64,000 bases of DNA. It comes from Sulfurimonadaceae bacterium (GTDB taxonomy: Bacteria; Campylobacterota; Campylobacteria; Campylobacterales; Sulfurimonadaceae). Shown one piece after another: positions 1-10,155 of the stretch. The DNA is taken from positions 1-64,000 of the forward strand of contig JBFESZ010000001.1 in NCBI GenBank assembly GCA_041548245.1, written 5' to 3'. A program made the translations under genes and the position numbers. The notes under the pieces were generated by a model that saw only the letters and a program-made list of their open reading frames with translations, was not told the DNA's origin and did not search any database. Within the stretch, counting starts at the first letter, position 1. Every line of letters begins with the position of its first letter.

Positions 1-2
1 AA

Positions 3-200
3 AAGTTTATTATAAACTCAAAGAAACAGCTTATCGATGCTCGTTTTGCTCTTCAGATAAAGAAGTATCCCGGTGATATCATCGTTGCAGGAGACATCAA
101 TTCACCCAAGGTAAAACTGGATGCCAAATCGATGGTAACGCCTGAGATAAAAGATAAAGTAGGAAAAGAGATCAACCGTTTTTTAAAAAAATTGTTTTAA
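3..200 (+). CDS. 3' end of a truncated CDS, possibly an AsmA-like C-terminus
   Basis: Frame 3 is open from the window edge to TAA at 198-200: KFIINSKKQLIDARFALQIKKYPGDIIVAGDINSPKVKLDAKSMVTPEIKDKVGKEINRFLKKLF. The G-x-I-x-x-P-K-V-x-L and terminal LKKLF pattern resembles AsmA-family C-termini. Confidence 0.55.
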   Translation, partial: KFIINSKKQLIDARFALQIKKYPGDIIVAGDINSPKVKLDAKSMVTPEIKDKVGKEINRFLKKLF

Positions 201-221
201 ACCCAAGATTGTCTAAAACAT

Positions 222-1607
222 CTAAGGGTTTTTAGCAAAATAGCGATCAATCCCATTAGCAATTCCGAGTGCAAGTTTTTGCTGATAACGATGATCGACC
301 ATGCGTGTGGCTTCTTGGGGATGAGAGATAAATCCCAATTCGATCAAAACAGCGGGCATCTGCGCACCTACCAATACCCAAAAAGGTCCTGAACGCACAC
401 CGTTATCCAAGACATCTTTGTATTTTTCTCGTACTGAACCCAGCATGTTCCGCTGTACATCTATCGCCAGTTTATTCGAAGCCAATATCTTTTCTCTGTT
501 CATCAGATGCAGAGCATCTTGCATGCCGCCCTGCTCCATCTTTCCAATATCAGCATTCTCCGTCGCTGCAACACGCATCGAACGTTCACTTCTATTGGTT
601 GAAAGAAAATAGGTCTCAATGCCATGCGCTTTATTCCAGTTTTTCTTAGGTACAGAGTTGGCATGAACAGAGATAAAAAGGTCTGCTTTTTTCTTATTGG
701 CAAAACGGGTTCGTTTACGTAATTTAATAAAACTGTCATCATTACGTGTCATATAGACAGTATAACCGCGCTTCACAAGAATATCACGAATCTTTTTTGA
801 AGTTTGCAAGACGACCACTTTTTCTCTATATTTTTTATAACCGACTGCACCGGCGTCTCTTCCACCATGTCCGGGGTCAATAACGATAACTTTTCGAGAT
901 GGTTTTTTTGTCACAGGGATATAGCTAAGCTCTCTATTTTCAGAGGACATCTTAATCACAAGCTCATCATCTGAAAGTTTATACTGCTGGCTTATCTTAG
1001 AATCACTTTCAAAGACGATACGAAGTGTTTTTTGATCGAACTGCGCCAAACGGATCTTCCGAACAGAAGTATGTTTCAACTGCATCGCTTTTTCAGAAAG
1101 AACGGCATGTAGATCATATATCTTCTTAAAGGTTTTCTTTTCCGGATAATTAAGCTCAAAACTGTTCAACTCGTTCTTTCTGACGGGACGAGAGAACTTC
1201 AGAACCAGACGTTGCTTGTCTTTCCAGCGAACTGATACCAATCTGTTTTGAGAAGCAATTGAGGAGCTTAGATTTTCAGGAGTCTCTTTTTTTTGAAGGA
1301 TAGTTTTGGGTTGGGATCTCTTTGGAGGTGTTTTTTCACTTTTTCGTTTTTTTAGTGCTCGCTCATAATCTATAACATCAATGTGAAGTTTTTTACCTGT
1401 CTTGATAAGCCCAAGTAAACAGGTGTCACAAAGCTCCTCATTTCCACTCATCAAAGAACGGACATAGAGGTTCTTATAGTCATTATAGGCACGATAGACT
1501 TGTGCCTTGTCATTGCTTAATGCATTTTCTTGTGCACGCTTTAATATCTCACCGTTATTGGCAAAAAGAGTAATACTGAGAAGAAGAATCAATACGAGAA
1601 GACGCAG
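222..1607 (-). CDS. amiA: N-acetylmuramoyl-L-alanine amidase (AMIN-like plus Amidase_3 domains)
   Basis: IDPGHGG, ISVHANS and VLIELGFISH motifs; N-terminal signal peptide; amiA-fabX-tyrS synteny as in H. pylori. Start is either TTG at 1592 (ORF track) or the in-frame CTG at 1607 behind GAGGGAG. Confidence 0.92.
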   Translation of the reverse strand: MRLLVLILLLSITLFANNGEILKRAQENALSNDKAQVYRAYNDYKNLYVRSLMSGNEELCDTCLLGLIKTGKKLHIDVIDYERALKKRKSEKTPPKRSQPKTILQKKETPENLSSSIASQNRLVSVRWKDKQRLVLKFSRPVRKNELNSFELNYPEKKTFKKIYDLHAVLSEKAMQLKHTSVRKIRLAQFDQKTLRIVFESDSKISQQYKLSDDELVIKMSSENRELSYIPVTKKPSRKVIVIDPGHGGRDAGAVGYKKYREKVVVLQTSKKIRDILVKRGYTVYMTRNDDSFIKLRKRTRFANKKKADLFISVHANSVPKKNWNKAHGIETYFLSTNRSERSMRVAATENADIGKMEQGGMQDALHLMNREKILASNKLAIDVQRNMLGSVREKYKDVLDNGVRSGPFWVLVGAQMPAVLIELGFISHPQEATRMVDHRYQQKLALGIANGIDRYFAKNP

Positions 1608-1608
1608 A

Positions 1609-2700
1609 CTATTCTCCCTCAGTCAACTTTTTCATCAATTCTTTAACTGATATCAACTCAGTGATACGGTACCCGTTTGTTCCTGAGAAGAAAAGACCAA
1701 ATTCTAGATTTCCTTCATAGGCATCAGAAAGCCTGTCAGCAATACAAAAGCCGACCTCCTTGGCCTCTTCTCCACGATTACATGGAGCAACACAGTTCGA
1801 AATACACTTGATCGCCGGACCTTCTCGTTTTTCCACAAGACCTGTAAGGTTAGTACGGACACCGCGGGCCGGATATCCGACAGGAGAACCCATCAACTGG
1901 ATATCCTCTTTTTTTGCATTGATAAGAACCTGTTTGAAATTCTCATGGGCATCACATTCATGCGTACCGATAAAACGTGTTCCCATTTGAACACCAGATG
2001 CGCCAAGAGCCATCATCTGCTCAATATCATTCTTATCCCAGATACCACCGGCGGCAAAGACGGGCATACCGCCCCATAATGCAGCTTCTTCCACAACAGG
2101 CTTGACAAGGTTTTCAAGTTGATGTTCTTCCATAGAACATTGATCATAAGTAAAGCCTTGATGGCCACCACTTTTCGGTCCCTCCAGAATAACAGCATCA
2201 GGAAGACGGTCATATCTCTGCTTCCAGCGTTTGCAGATAATTTTCAGCGCCTTAGCCGAAGAGACAATAGGCACAAGAGCCACATCCGGATAATCTACCG
2301 TAAACTCCGGCATATTTGTAGGAAGACCTGCTCCCGTGATGATGATATTCGCACCCGCTTCACAAGAGTCGGTTACAACGCGCCCATAATCATTGATCGC
2401 ATATAAGACGTTGGCAGCAAGAGGTTTGTCCCCGCATATCTTTCTTGCATCCGAAAATATCTTCTTCAGAGCGTCCTTGCAATAAAAGTTCTCAACTTCC
2501 AAAGGGCGTTCCGCGACCAGACGTTTGACATGTTCTTTCTTGTCATAATACCCTGTTCCCACAGAAGAAATAACGCCTAGACCACCCTCTTTACTCACAT
2601 TTCCTGCGAGTTGAGACCAGGATATCCCAACACCCATACCACCTTGGACGATAGGAATGTCAATAGTATGCTTTCCAATTTTTACCGACTTGAATGCCAT
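1609..2700 (-). CDS. fabX: Nitronate-monooxygenase-family flavoprotein; FabX-type decanoyl-ACP dehydrogenase/isomerase
   Basis: PIVQGGMGVG, SGGHQG (catalytic His) and QMGTRF motifs; C-terminal CISNCVAPC...FC Fe-S motif; located between amiA and tyrS like H. pylori HP0773. Confidence 0.85.
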   Translation of the reverse strand: MAFKSVKIGKHTIDIPIVQGGMGVGISWSQLAGNVSKEGGLGVISSVGTGYYDKKEHVKRLVAERPLEVENFYCKDALKKIFSDARKICGDKPLAANVLYAINDYGRVVTDSCEAGANIIITGAGLPTNMPEFTVDYPDVALVPIVSSAKALKIICKRWKQRYDRLPDAVILEGPKSGGHQGFTYDQCSMEEHQLENLVKPVVEEAALWGGMPVFAAGGIWDKNDIEQMMALGASGVQMGTRFIGTHECDAHENFKQVLINAKKEDIQLMGSPVGYPARGVRTNLTGLVEKREGPAIKCISNCVAPCNRGEEAKEVGFCIADRLSDAYEGNLEFGLFFSGTNGYRITELISVKELMKKLTEGE

Positions 2701-3899
2701 TACTTTACCTTTAATGCAGCGAACTTACGTTTTCCGACCTGCAAGACATACTCCCCTGCTTCTAACTGCAGTTGTTCGTCTTCTACTTTTTTTTGATCTA
2801 TTTTAACAGCACCTTGCTTAATATCTCTTCTTGCCTGCGAGGTTGATGATTCCAGCTGACAATCTTGTAACGCTTTTGCAATCCATATCGGTCCCTCAAG
2901 TTCAAAAGAAGGCATATCGGTCGGAAGTGCATTTTTAGCATGAACTCTCTCAAACTCAGCCTTTGCTGCTTCAGCTGAATCCTGACCGTGAAAACGCGCT
3001 GTGATCTCTAGAGCAAGCGCCTCTTTGGCATGTTTTGGATGCATTACACCCGATTCAACACCCGCTTTAAGCGCTGCGATCTCTTCTAATGTCTTGTCAC
3101 TAAGCAGTTCATAGTATCGCCACATCAAATCATCACTAATAGAAAGAACTTTTCCAAACATATCATTAGGTGCATCCGTCACACCAATGTAGTTATTGAG
3201 TGACTTACTCATCTTCTGTACACCGTCTAAGCCTTCAAGAATAGGCATCATCAATACAGACTGTTCTTTACCCGTTTCGTATGCACGCTGAAGATGACGG
3301 CCCATCAGAAGATTGAACTTCTGATCTGTTCCCCCGATCTCGATGTCAGATTTAAGATGTACCGAATCGTATCCCTGAAGCAACGGATACAAAAACTCAG
3401 AGATAGAGATCGAAGTCCCGCTTTTATAGCGCTTATCAAAATCATCACGTTCAAGCATACGTGCTACATTATATTGCGTTGTCAACGCCAGCATACCTGC
3501 CGCACCAAGCGGTTCAATCCACTCAGAATTGAATACAGTATGGGTATGTTCATGTGCCAAAATCTTAAAGACCTGCTCATGATAAGAAGCCGCATTCTCT
3601 TTGATCTGCTCATCCGAGAGTTGCTTACGTGTAACACTCTTTCCGGTTGGGTCACCAATCTTGGCAGTAAAGTCTCCGATCAAAAACTGCACATCGGCCC
3701 CATACTTTTGAAAGACTGCCAGTTTTTGAAGCAATACCGTATGTCCAAGGTGCAGATCCGGTGCCGTCGGATCAAACCCTGCCTTTACCGTATAGCGCGT
3801 GCCATCTTCATAAAATTTCTTGACTTTTTTCTCAATAGCTTCTAAATCGATGATCTCGGCTGTCCCTCTGGCGATCTCTTTTAATGCTGTTTCAACCAC
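2700..3899 (-). CDS. tyrS: Tyrosine--tRNA ligase
   Basis: GFDPTAPDLHLGH (HIGH motif), GGTDQKFN, KMSKS and a C-terminal S4 domain. Confidence 0.97.
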   Translation of the reverse strand: MVETALKEIARGTAEIIDLEAIEKKVKKFYEDGTRYTVKAGFDPTAPDLHLGHTVLLQKLAVFQKYGADVQFLIGDFTAKIGDPTGKSVTRKQLSDEQIKENAASYHEQVFKILAHEHTHTVFNSEWIEPLGAAGMLALTTQYNVARMLERDDFDKRYKSGTSISISEFLYPLLQGYDSVHLKSDIEIGGTDQKFNLLMGRHLQRAYETGKEQSVLMMPILEGLDGVQKMSKSLNNYIGVTDAPNDMFGKVLSISDDLMWRYYELLSDKTLEEIAALKAGVESGVMHPKHAKEALALEITARFHGQDSAEAAKAEFERVHAKNALPTDMPSFELEGPIWIAKALQDCQLESSTSQARRDIKQGAVKIDQKKVEDEQLQLEAGEYVLQVGKRKFAALKVK

Positions 3900-3915
3900 T
3901 ACTAAAACTCCTTAT

Positions 3916-6063
3916 CTAATTTCTATATGCGTCATCTGTTCGTATGAATTGTATGACTTTGTATTTATTGTCTATTTTCCTGCGTAACTGATGCAAATCA
4001 CCCTCGATAGACTGCATCTCAAGTTCACAATAATGAATATGCTCTTTCTTCTCTTTACCCAGTTCTATACTGATGAGATCGATGTCTATTTTAGCAAGGA
4101 ACTGTAAAAACTCGGCTAAGGCACCCTTGAAGTTTTTAAGACTCACGATCAAATGATAATGAAAGATCTTTTTTGAACTCCAGTGTACGCAAAGCATCGG
4201 TTTGTCCTCTTCAATCATGTCATAAGCATGATGACAGAGTTTATGATGAAGATGCGCTTTTGTACCGACTTTAAAGGCGATAATCTCATCACCGACCTTC
4301 GGATGACAGCAATAATCATATACCATATCACTCACAGAAGTATTGGATGAGACTTCCAAAGCCCCAAAGCTGTACTCTTTCAACTTGAATTTATTACGTT
4401 TTAAAAACCCTTGAAAACGGCTGTTTTGTTCTATCTTTTCCAGGTATGTACGCAACAATACTTTCAAATATTGAGGATCGTTTGCCACCTTATAGACTGA
4501 ATCCAACAACCTGCTCTCTTCCAGCCACTCTATGATACGAGGTTGATTCAGCTGCAAGATCGTCGATAGTATATTAATCCCGCTAAGCGTATTAATCTCT
4601 CTAAGACGTTGATTACAGTTGATACGCATATTGCTCTTTGCACGCGAAGTCTTAACCGAGTCTATCCATGAGCAGCGTGTTATCGGCTCTTCTGCCGTAT
4701 CAATACGTACAAGGTCACCATTCTTAAGTTCGGTCAGAAGGGTAGCCTTGCTCTTATTAATCAGACAACCTATCGCCCTGTCACCTACTTCCGTATGGAC
4801 ACTGTATGCAAAGTCCAATGCTACAGCACCACGCGGGAGTGTAAAAGGATCTCCATTAGGAGAGAAGACCAGTATGTCTTCACTGTAGAGATCATTCTTA
4901 ATCAACTCGTAGAACTCTTCTACCGAATCACCTTGAAATTGAAGGTTTTGCATCCATTCCAAATTGACATTATGCTCACCGCTTTTATATTTCCAATGAG
5001 CTGCAACTCCTAATTCTGCCGTTTCATGCATATCAAAGGTACGTATCTGTATCTCAAAGATGGAAGTATTATCAAACACTGTCGTGTGAAGGGTCTGATA
5101 TCCATTATCCTTGGCATTGGCTATATAGTCCTTAAAACGTGAGGATAGAGGTTTGAAGTCCAAGTGCATCAGCCCTAAGACCTTGTAGCATGACAAAGGA
5201 TCCTTGACCAGAATACGAATAGCCAACAGATCAAGCACCTCGTCTATAGATATCCCTTTACGCTGCATCTTAAGATAAACAGAATAGGTATGTTTAATAC
5301 GGCTTTTGATCTCAAAGTCATCTTCACAAAAACCGTTCTGGATCATCTTCTTTCTGATCTTTTCCGTAAAATCATTGATACTGACCTGAATCTGATGATA
5401 ATTATCTTTAAGATAATCAGTTATACGCTGATAGTCTTCAGGAAAGATATATTTAAAACTCAAATCCTCAAGAACATTCTTAAGCGTTGAGATACCCAAA
5501 CGGTGTGCAATAGGAGCATATACGACCATTGTCTCTTCAGCGATACGTTCTTGTTTTGATGGATTTAAGGCATCCAGGGTAAGCATGTTATGTAAACGAT
5601 CACATAGTTTAACGACCAGTACACGCACATCATGGATAGAAGCGATCAACATCTTTCTGAAGGAAAGTGCCGAAACGACAAGCTTATCATCCGAATCGGA
5701 AGGAATGAGTTCTGCATCCCGGATCATATCGATCTTTGTCAGACCTTCCACAAGATGTGCCACATCCTCTCCAAACTGGGTAGAAACATGTGCGATATCA
5801 AACTCGGTATCCTCGACAACATCATGTAAAAGTGCCGCGATGACCATCCCCTCGTCTTCACTGATACTAGAGACAATGGTTGAGACAAGGATGGGATGGA
5901 CAATGTAGGGCTCACCACTTTTACGGTACTGCCCCGAATGGGCTTTTTCCGAAAATTCCAAAGCCTTTATTATAGAGGGAGAGGGTTTGACATTTTCATT
6001 GAAAAATGCCTTTGCGCTTTCGAGGTCATGAATGTCACGGATGGCATCGATAGTCTTGTTCAT
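3916..6063 (-). CDS. spoT: Bifunctional (p)ppGpp synthetase/hydrolase
   Basis: GEPYIVHP and LLHDVVED hydrolase motifs, NGYQTLHT/EIQIRT synthetase motifs, TGS (DFAYSVHT), CCHP and a C-terminal ACT-like region. Confidence 0.96.
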   Translation of the reverse strand: MNKTIDAIRDIHDLESAKAFFNENVKPSPSIIKALEFSEKAHSGQYRKSGEPYIVHPILVSTIVSSISEDEGMVIAALLHDVVEDTEFDIAHVSTQFGEDVAHLVEGLTKIDMIRDAELIPSDSDDKLVVSALSFRKMLIASIHDVRVLVVKLCDRLHNMLTLDALNPSKQERIAEETMVVYAPIAHRLGISTLKNVLEDLSFKYIFPEDYQRITDYLKDNYHQIQVSINDFTEKIRKKMIQNGFCEDDFEIKSRIKHTYSVYLKMQRKGISIDEVLDLLAIRILVKDPLSCYKVLGLMHLDFKPLSSRFKDYIANAKDNGYQTLHTTVFDNTSIFEIQIRTFDMHETAELGVAAHWKYKSGEHNVNLEWMQNLQFQGDSVEEFYELIKNDLYSEDILVFSPNGDPFTLPRGAVALDFAYSVHTEVGDRAIGCLINKSKATLLTELKNGDLVRIDTAEEPITRCSWIDSVKTSRAKSNMRINCNQRLREINTLSGINILSTILQLNQPRIIEWLEESRLLDSVYKVANDPQYLKVLLRTYLEKIEQNSRFQGFLKRNKFKLKEYSFGALEVSSNTSVSDMVYDYCCHPKVGDEIIAFKVGTKAHLHHKLCHHAYDMIEEDKPMLCVHWSSKKIFHYHLIVSLKNFKGALAEFLQFLAKIDIDLISIELGKEKKEHIHYCELEMQSIEGDLHQLRRKIDNKYKVIQFIRTDDAYRN

Positions 6064-6103
6064 GCCATACTCCGCTTATTCTTTTTTTCTGTCTGTCTTG
6101 GAC

Positions 6104-6313
6104 CTATGCTTTGAAACCTTTGATAGAGACAACGCCTTCTGCGATCTCCATCAATGCTAAGTCAGCCGGTTTGTATGCTTTTGGATCAACATTCAGTTTG
6201 CTCGAGCCACCGTTTTGCAGTTGATCTGCACGTTTTGCTACAGCCAAAGCCAATTGATAACGATCTGCACCTGTAACTTCAAGTGCTTTTGCAGTTAATT
6301 CTTCTAATCTCAT
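6104..6313 (-). CDS. rpoZ: RNA polymerase omega subunit
   Basis: 69 aa with RYQLALAVAKRA and ALMEIAEG; lies between pyrH and spoT. Confidence 0.92.
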   Translation of the reverse strand: MRLEELTAKALEVTGADRYQLALAVAKRADQLQNGGSSKLNVDPKAYKPADLALMEIAEGVVSIKGFKA

Positions 6314-6334
6314 TGTGTTTCCTTTGTTGTTTTC

Positions 6335-7060
<726 letters not shown>

Positions 7061-7097
7061 TCATTGAATAAAGAAGTTCTATTTCTAAAATTTGGGA

Positions 7098-7103
7098 ATT
7101 ATA
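7098..7103 (-). promoter_or_regulatory. Putative sigma70-type -10 element (TATAAT) of the pyrH operon
   Basis: The + strand attata at 7098-7103 reads TATAAT on the - strand, about 55 nt upstream of the pyrH start. Confidence 0.55.
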
Positions 7104-7203
7104 CTTAAGGTTTACTTTATATGTGCTTAGTAGGAGGAGAAAGGCCTAAGACAAAGCCCTCCAGCCCTCTGCAAAAAAGTATGACTAATGGCTTTTTTTA
7201 TCA

Positions 7204-7602
7204 TTATTTGCTTCGTGCATCAACACCTATCATCTGAAACTCTTCTATCTGTTTTGCATATTTCGGATTGGCTTCGGAGAGCCTATGCTGCATTTTTACT
7301 ATCATTTTGGCAGTTGTCAGCGGGTTTTTAGCATAGAAGTAGACAAACTTGAAATATTCATTGGCATCATTCTCGTTTTCCGGGAAAGGAAAGCTGCTGA
7401 CCACTTTGTTTAAGGCTCCTTCGATCTTGGAGACCTCTTTTTTTTCTCTCTTTAATATCTCTATCAAGGATTCCAGTGTGACATTCTCTTTTTCTTCAGG
7501 TTCAAATGAGACTTTAGAGGATTTTGCTCTCTTGAAGACAAAGACAACAACCACCAAGAGCAAGAGGATAAAAAGAATAAAAGAGCCAATCAACCACGCC
7601 AT
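7204..7602 (-). CDS. Hypothetical single-pass membrane protein
   Basis: 132 aa with a strongly hydrophobic N-terminal helix followed by a soluble helical domain. Confidence 0.75.
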   Translation of the reverse strand: MAWLIGSFILFILLLLVVVVFVFKRAKSSKVSFEPEEKENVTLESLIEILKREKKEVSKIEGALNKVVSSFPFPENENDANEYFKFVYFYAKNPLTTAKMIVKMQHRLSEANPKYAKQIEEFQMIGVDARSK

Positions 7603-7798
7603 ACAATACCTTTTATGTTTTGCAAAGTATAACGGTTTTTTTCATAAAAACAAAAATCCGCTTATTGCAACAAGACTTCATAAATGAAGGTTTTCTTTCT
7701 ATACGCCTACACTCACCTCTCATTGACGATATGTAAAGCTTTCCAACGCTACCTAGAATCAACACAACTAGAAGAAGGAATGATCAACGTCTTAACCC

Positions 7799-8635
7799 CT
7801 AGACTTCTGAAATCTCTTCACCAAGGAGTCGAATCTCTCTCTGCGGGAAAGGAATAGTAATATCAGCAGCTTTTAAAGCTGAGAAGATTTTAGCATTAGC
7901 CTGATAACATGTTTCAAAATAGTGACTTGTCGGTGCCCAGAAACGTATGCCAATATTAATACTACTCTCAGCAAACTCCGCTATTCCTACAAGCGGTTCT
8001 CTAAGCTTGCTGACTTTTTCCGTCTTTAACAGAGCATCTTTGATGGTTTCGATCGCTTTTTCAATATCACTGTCATAAGATATGCCAACGCTCACCTCTG
8101 CAAGTGTATCAGTGTGAGAGTTATGAATGATCTCACCGACAATGTGTTTGTTAGGAATAGTGATCTGGACATCATCCTCGTCCGTAAGCAGTGTATAAGC
8201 CAGATGGACCTCTTTGACCTGACCGACAACCCCCTGAATCCGAATAGTATCTCCAACAACAAAAGGACGAGCCAGGATGATATTCAAGCCCGCACCGTAA
8301 TTTGACAGCAGACCCTGCATAGCCAAGCCAGCACCCAAAGACAATGCGCCTATCGCTGCAACAAATGGAGTCACACTGATACCGACTTTTCCAAGTGCGA
8401 TGATGGCGACCATGGTAATAATAAGAATCTTTGTCGTACTGGCAATAAAGTTACTCAGTGTCACATCCAAAGACCTGCGCTCACAAAGGGCCAAGACCAA
8501 ATTACTGATTTTTTTAGCAACCAAAACACCCAAAAGTAAGACGATAATCGCCCCCAATATCTGAAAGCTGTAGTTGACAAAGAACTCTGTTATCAACTTA
8601 TAGACCGCTTGTACCTGTTCAATTTCCTGTTCCAT
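7799..8635 (-). CDS. mscS: Small-conductance mechanosensitive channel (MscS family)
   Basis: GLAMQGLLSNYGAG, RPFVVGD, IPNKHI and ITIPFPQREI motifs. Start reassigned to ATG 8635 (MEQEIEQ), which follows a purine-rich RBS-like sequence. Confidence 0.9.
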   Translation of the reverse strand: MEQEIEQVQAVYKLITEFFVNYSFQILGAIIVLLLGVLVAKKISNLVLALCERRSLDVTLSNFIASTTKILIITMVAIIALGKVGISVTPFVAAIGALSLGAGLAMQGLLSNYGAGLNIILARPFVVGDTIRIQGVVGQVKEVHLAYTLLTDEDDVQITIPNKHIVGEIIHNSHTDTLAEVSVGISYDSDIEKAIETIKDALLKTEKVSKLREPLVGIAEFAESSINIGIRFWAPTSHYFETCYQANAKIFSALKAADITIPFPQREIRLLGEEISEV

Positions 8636-8803
8636 AACACCTATCCTCTTTGATGAATATTTGTATCTCTTAGTCAGAAAGTATATCAAACTCCCCAATG
8701 GGTTAGGAGTATAAAACTTTAAACCATCTTTTATTTTCATAACTATCTGCCGGACAATTAAATATCCCATTACACCTATGACTCTTGATTTATACACTCC
8801 TTA

Positions 8804-8829
8804 TGCTACAATAATCGAAAACTAGGAGG
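8804..8829 (+). promoter_or_regulatory. Extended -10 promoter (TGCTACAAT) and RBS (AGGAGG) for the 8836 gene cluster
   Basis: TGnTACAAT at 8804-8812, AGGAGG at 8824-8829, ATG at 8836. Confidence 0.65.
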
Positions 8830-8835
8830 AGCCTT

Positions 8836-10155
8836 ATGTTATCTCTGTTTTCACTCTTTAGGGCACAAGCTCCCCTTCATAACGAGTATCGTTTCGGACG
8901 TTTCATATCCTATAAAAAGACGACTCAGCAGCATGAACAGTATCAAGAATCCAAAAAAGCCTTTAACGAACAACGCTATATAGACGGGTATGAGCACTAC
9001 TTTAACTACCTGCGTTTTTTTTACATGGATGAAGACTCGGGAAATATCAGCTTTAAAAGGGATGAAAACTCTCTGGAGTTTAGACTCATTCAGGGCTCTG
9101 CCGTCATCAAAGGAGACATCACCCAAAGGCGTCTAAGTGCCCATGCCAACATCGCGCACACAATAAAGGACAACATCGCCGTGATGCGCAGGCTTCTTGA
9201 AAAGAACTATATGTACACCTACACCACTTTCTTCTTGGAAAAAGAGACCCTCAAAGCAAAAATATATTTTGACAATATCGCACTTTCACCGCAGAAAGTC
9301 TTCTTTCCCTTACGTGAGTTAGCCCTTAATGCGGACAAAGAGAAGGAACTTCTCTTGGATGAATTTCATGACCTTGAAGCCATTGAACTTGACCATATCG
9401 ACGTTATGGAAAACCATCTGAAAGAGACAAAAATCCGTTTCTTCAGAGAATGGATCGACAAGACTCAGCAAAAAGTCTCACTCTTGCCTACCCAGGAGCA
9501 ATCGGGAGCCATTGCCTTTGTCTGGCTCACCCTGCTGCTACGTATAGATTATTATATCACGCCAAGAGGCAAGCTCGGTTTTGACATTTATGAAGCCGTG
9601 CAGGATTATTATCTTGACAGTGAAAAAATGATCGAAGAGAAGAATGACGCTCTGCAAAAAGCCGTAGAAAAATTCAAAGAACTCGATACGCAAAAACTTT
9701 CAAAAAGCCTTTATGGTGTCAAACAGACCTTTGACATCTTCAATACCAACACCCTTGATGAAATACGCGCCTTTATCGATGAAACATTGGGCAAAGTCGT
9801 CTGGTATAAAGAGCACCGCTACGAAGAGATCATCATGAGTATCTATGAGTATATGGGGTTATATATGCTGTTTAACTTCGGGATGAACGAATGCCTCAGA
9901 GAACTTGTCCAGCTTAATGTAAGACTACACAATACTGATTTTCACAGCGCCCTTGGAATGAGGAGTCTGTACAAGAATGAAGAGAGAATAGATCGTTCCC
10001 GGCTGACAAAGAAAATACAGAACATCGTACGGAGTTATTCAGGCAGATATCCCTATCTGAACGATTTTTCTGCGTCACTGAACTTTAAATCACATGAAAA
10101 GTTCCATCACTCGTATTATAACGCCATCAAAAACCTCAACTTCAGCGAGCTGTGA
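8836..10155 (+). CDS. Uncharacterised cytoplasmic protein with a probable YbjN/T3SS-chaperone-like domain and a helical C-terminus
   Basis: 439 aa, strong RBS, no signal peptide or TM segment. The segment of beta strands, helix AVMRRLLEKNY, further strands and helix LRELALNAD matches the YbjN-like pattern as I recall it. Confidence 0.7.
   Translation: MLSLFSLFRAQAPLHNEYRFGRFISYKKTTQQHEQYQESKKAFNEQRYIDGYEHYFNYLRFFYMDEDSGNISFKRDENSLEFRLIQGSAVIKGDITQRRLSAHANIAHTIKDNIAVMRRLLEKNYMYTYTTFFLEKETLKAKIYFDNIALSPQKVFFPLRELALNADKEKELLLDEFHDLEAIELDHIDVMENHLKETKIRFFREWIDKTQQKVSLLPTQEQSGAIAFVWLTLLLRIDYYITPRGKLGFDIYEAVQDYYLDSEKMIEEKNDALQKAVEKFKELDTQKLSKSLYGVKQTFDIFNTNTLDEIRAFIDETLGKVVWYKEHRYEEIIMSIYEYMGLYMLFNFGMNECLRELVQLNVRLHNTDFHSALGMRSLYKNEERIDRSRLTKKIQNIVRSYSGRYPYLNDFSASLNFKSHEKFHHSYYNAIKNLNFSEL

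Noticed and set aside
3294-3845. 183-aa antisense ORF within tyrS, and similar shadow ORFs in pyrH, mnmA, LOG and prlC
   Set aside because: They lie fully opposite conserved genes and have no independent coding evidence.
8636-8797. 54-codon N-terminal extension of MscS
   Set aside because: It runs through the divergent promoter region; ATG 8635 has an RBS-like sequence and gives a typical MscS size.
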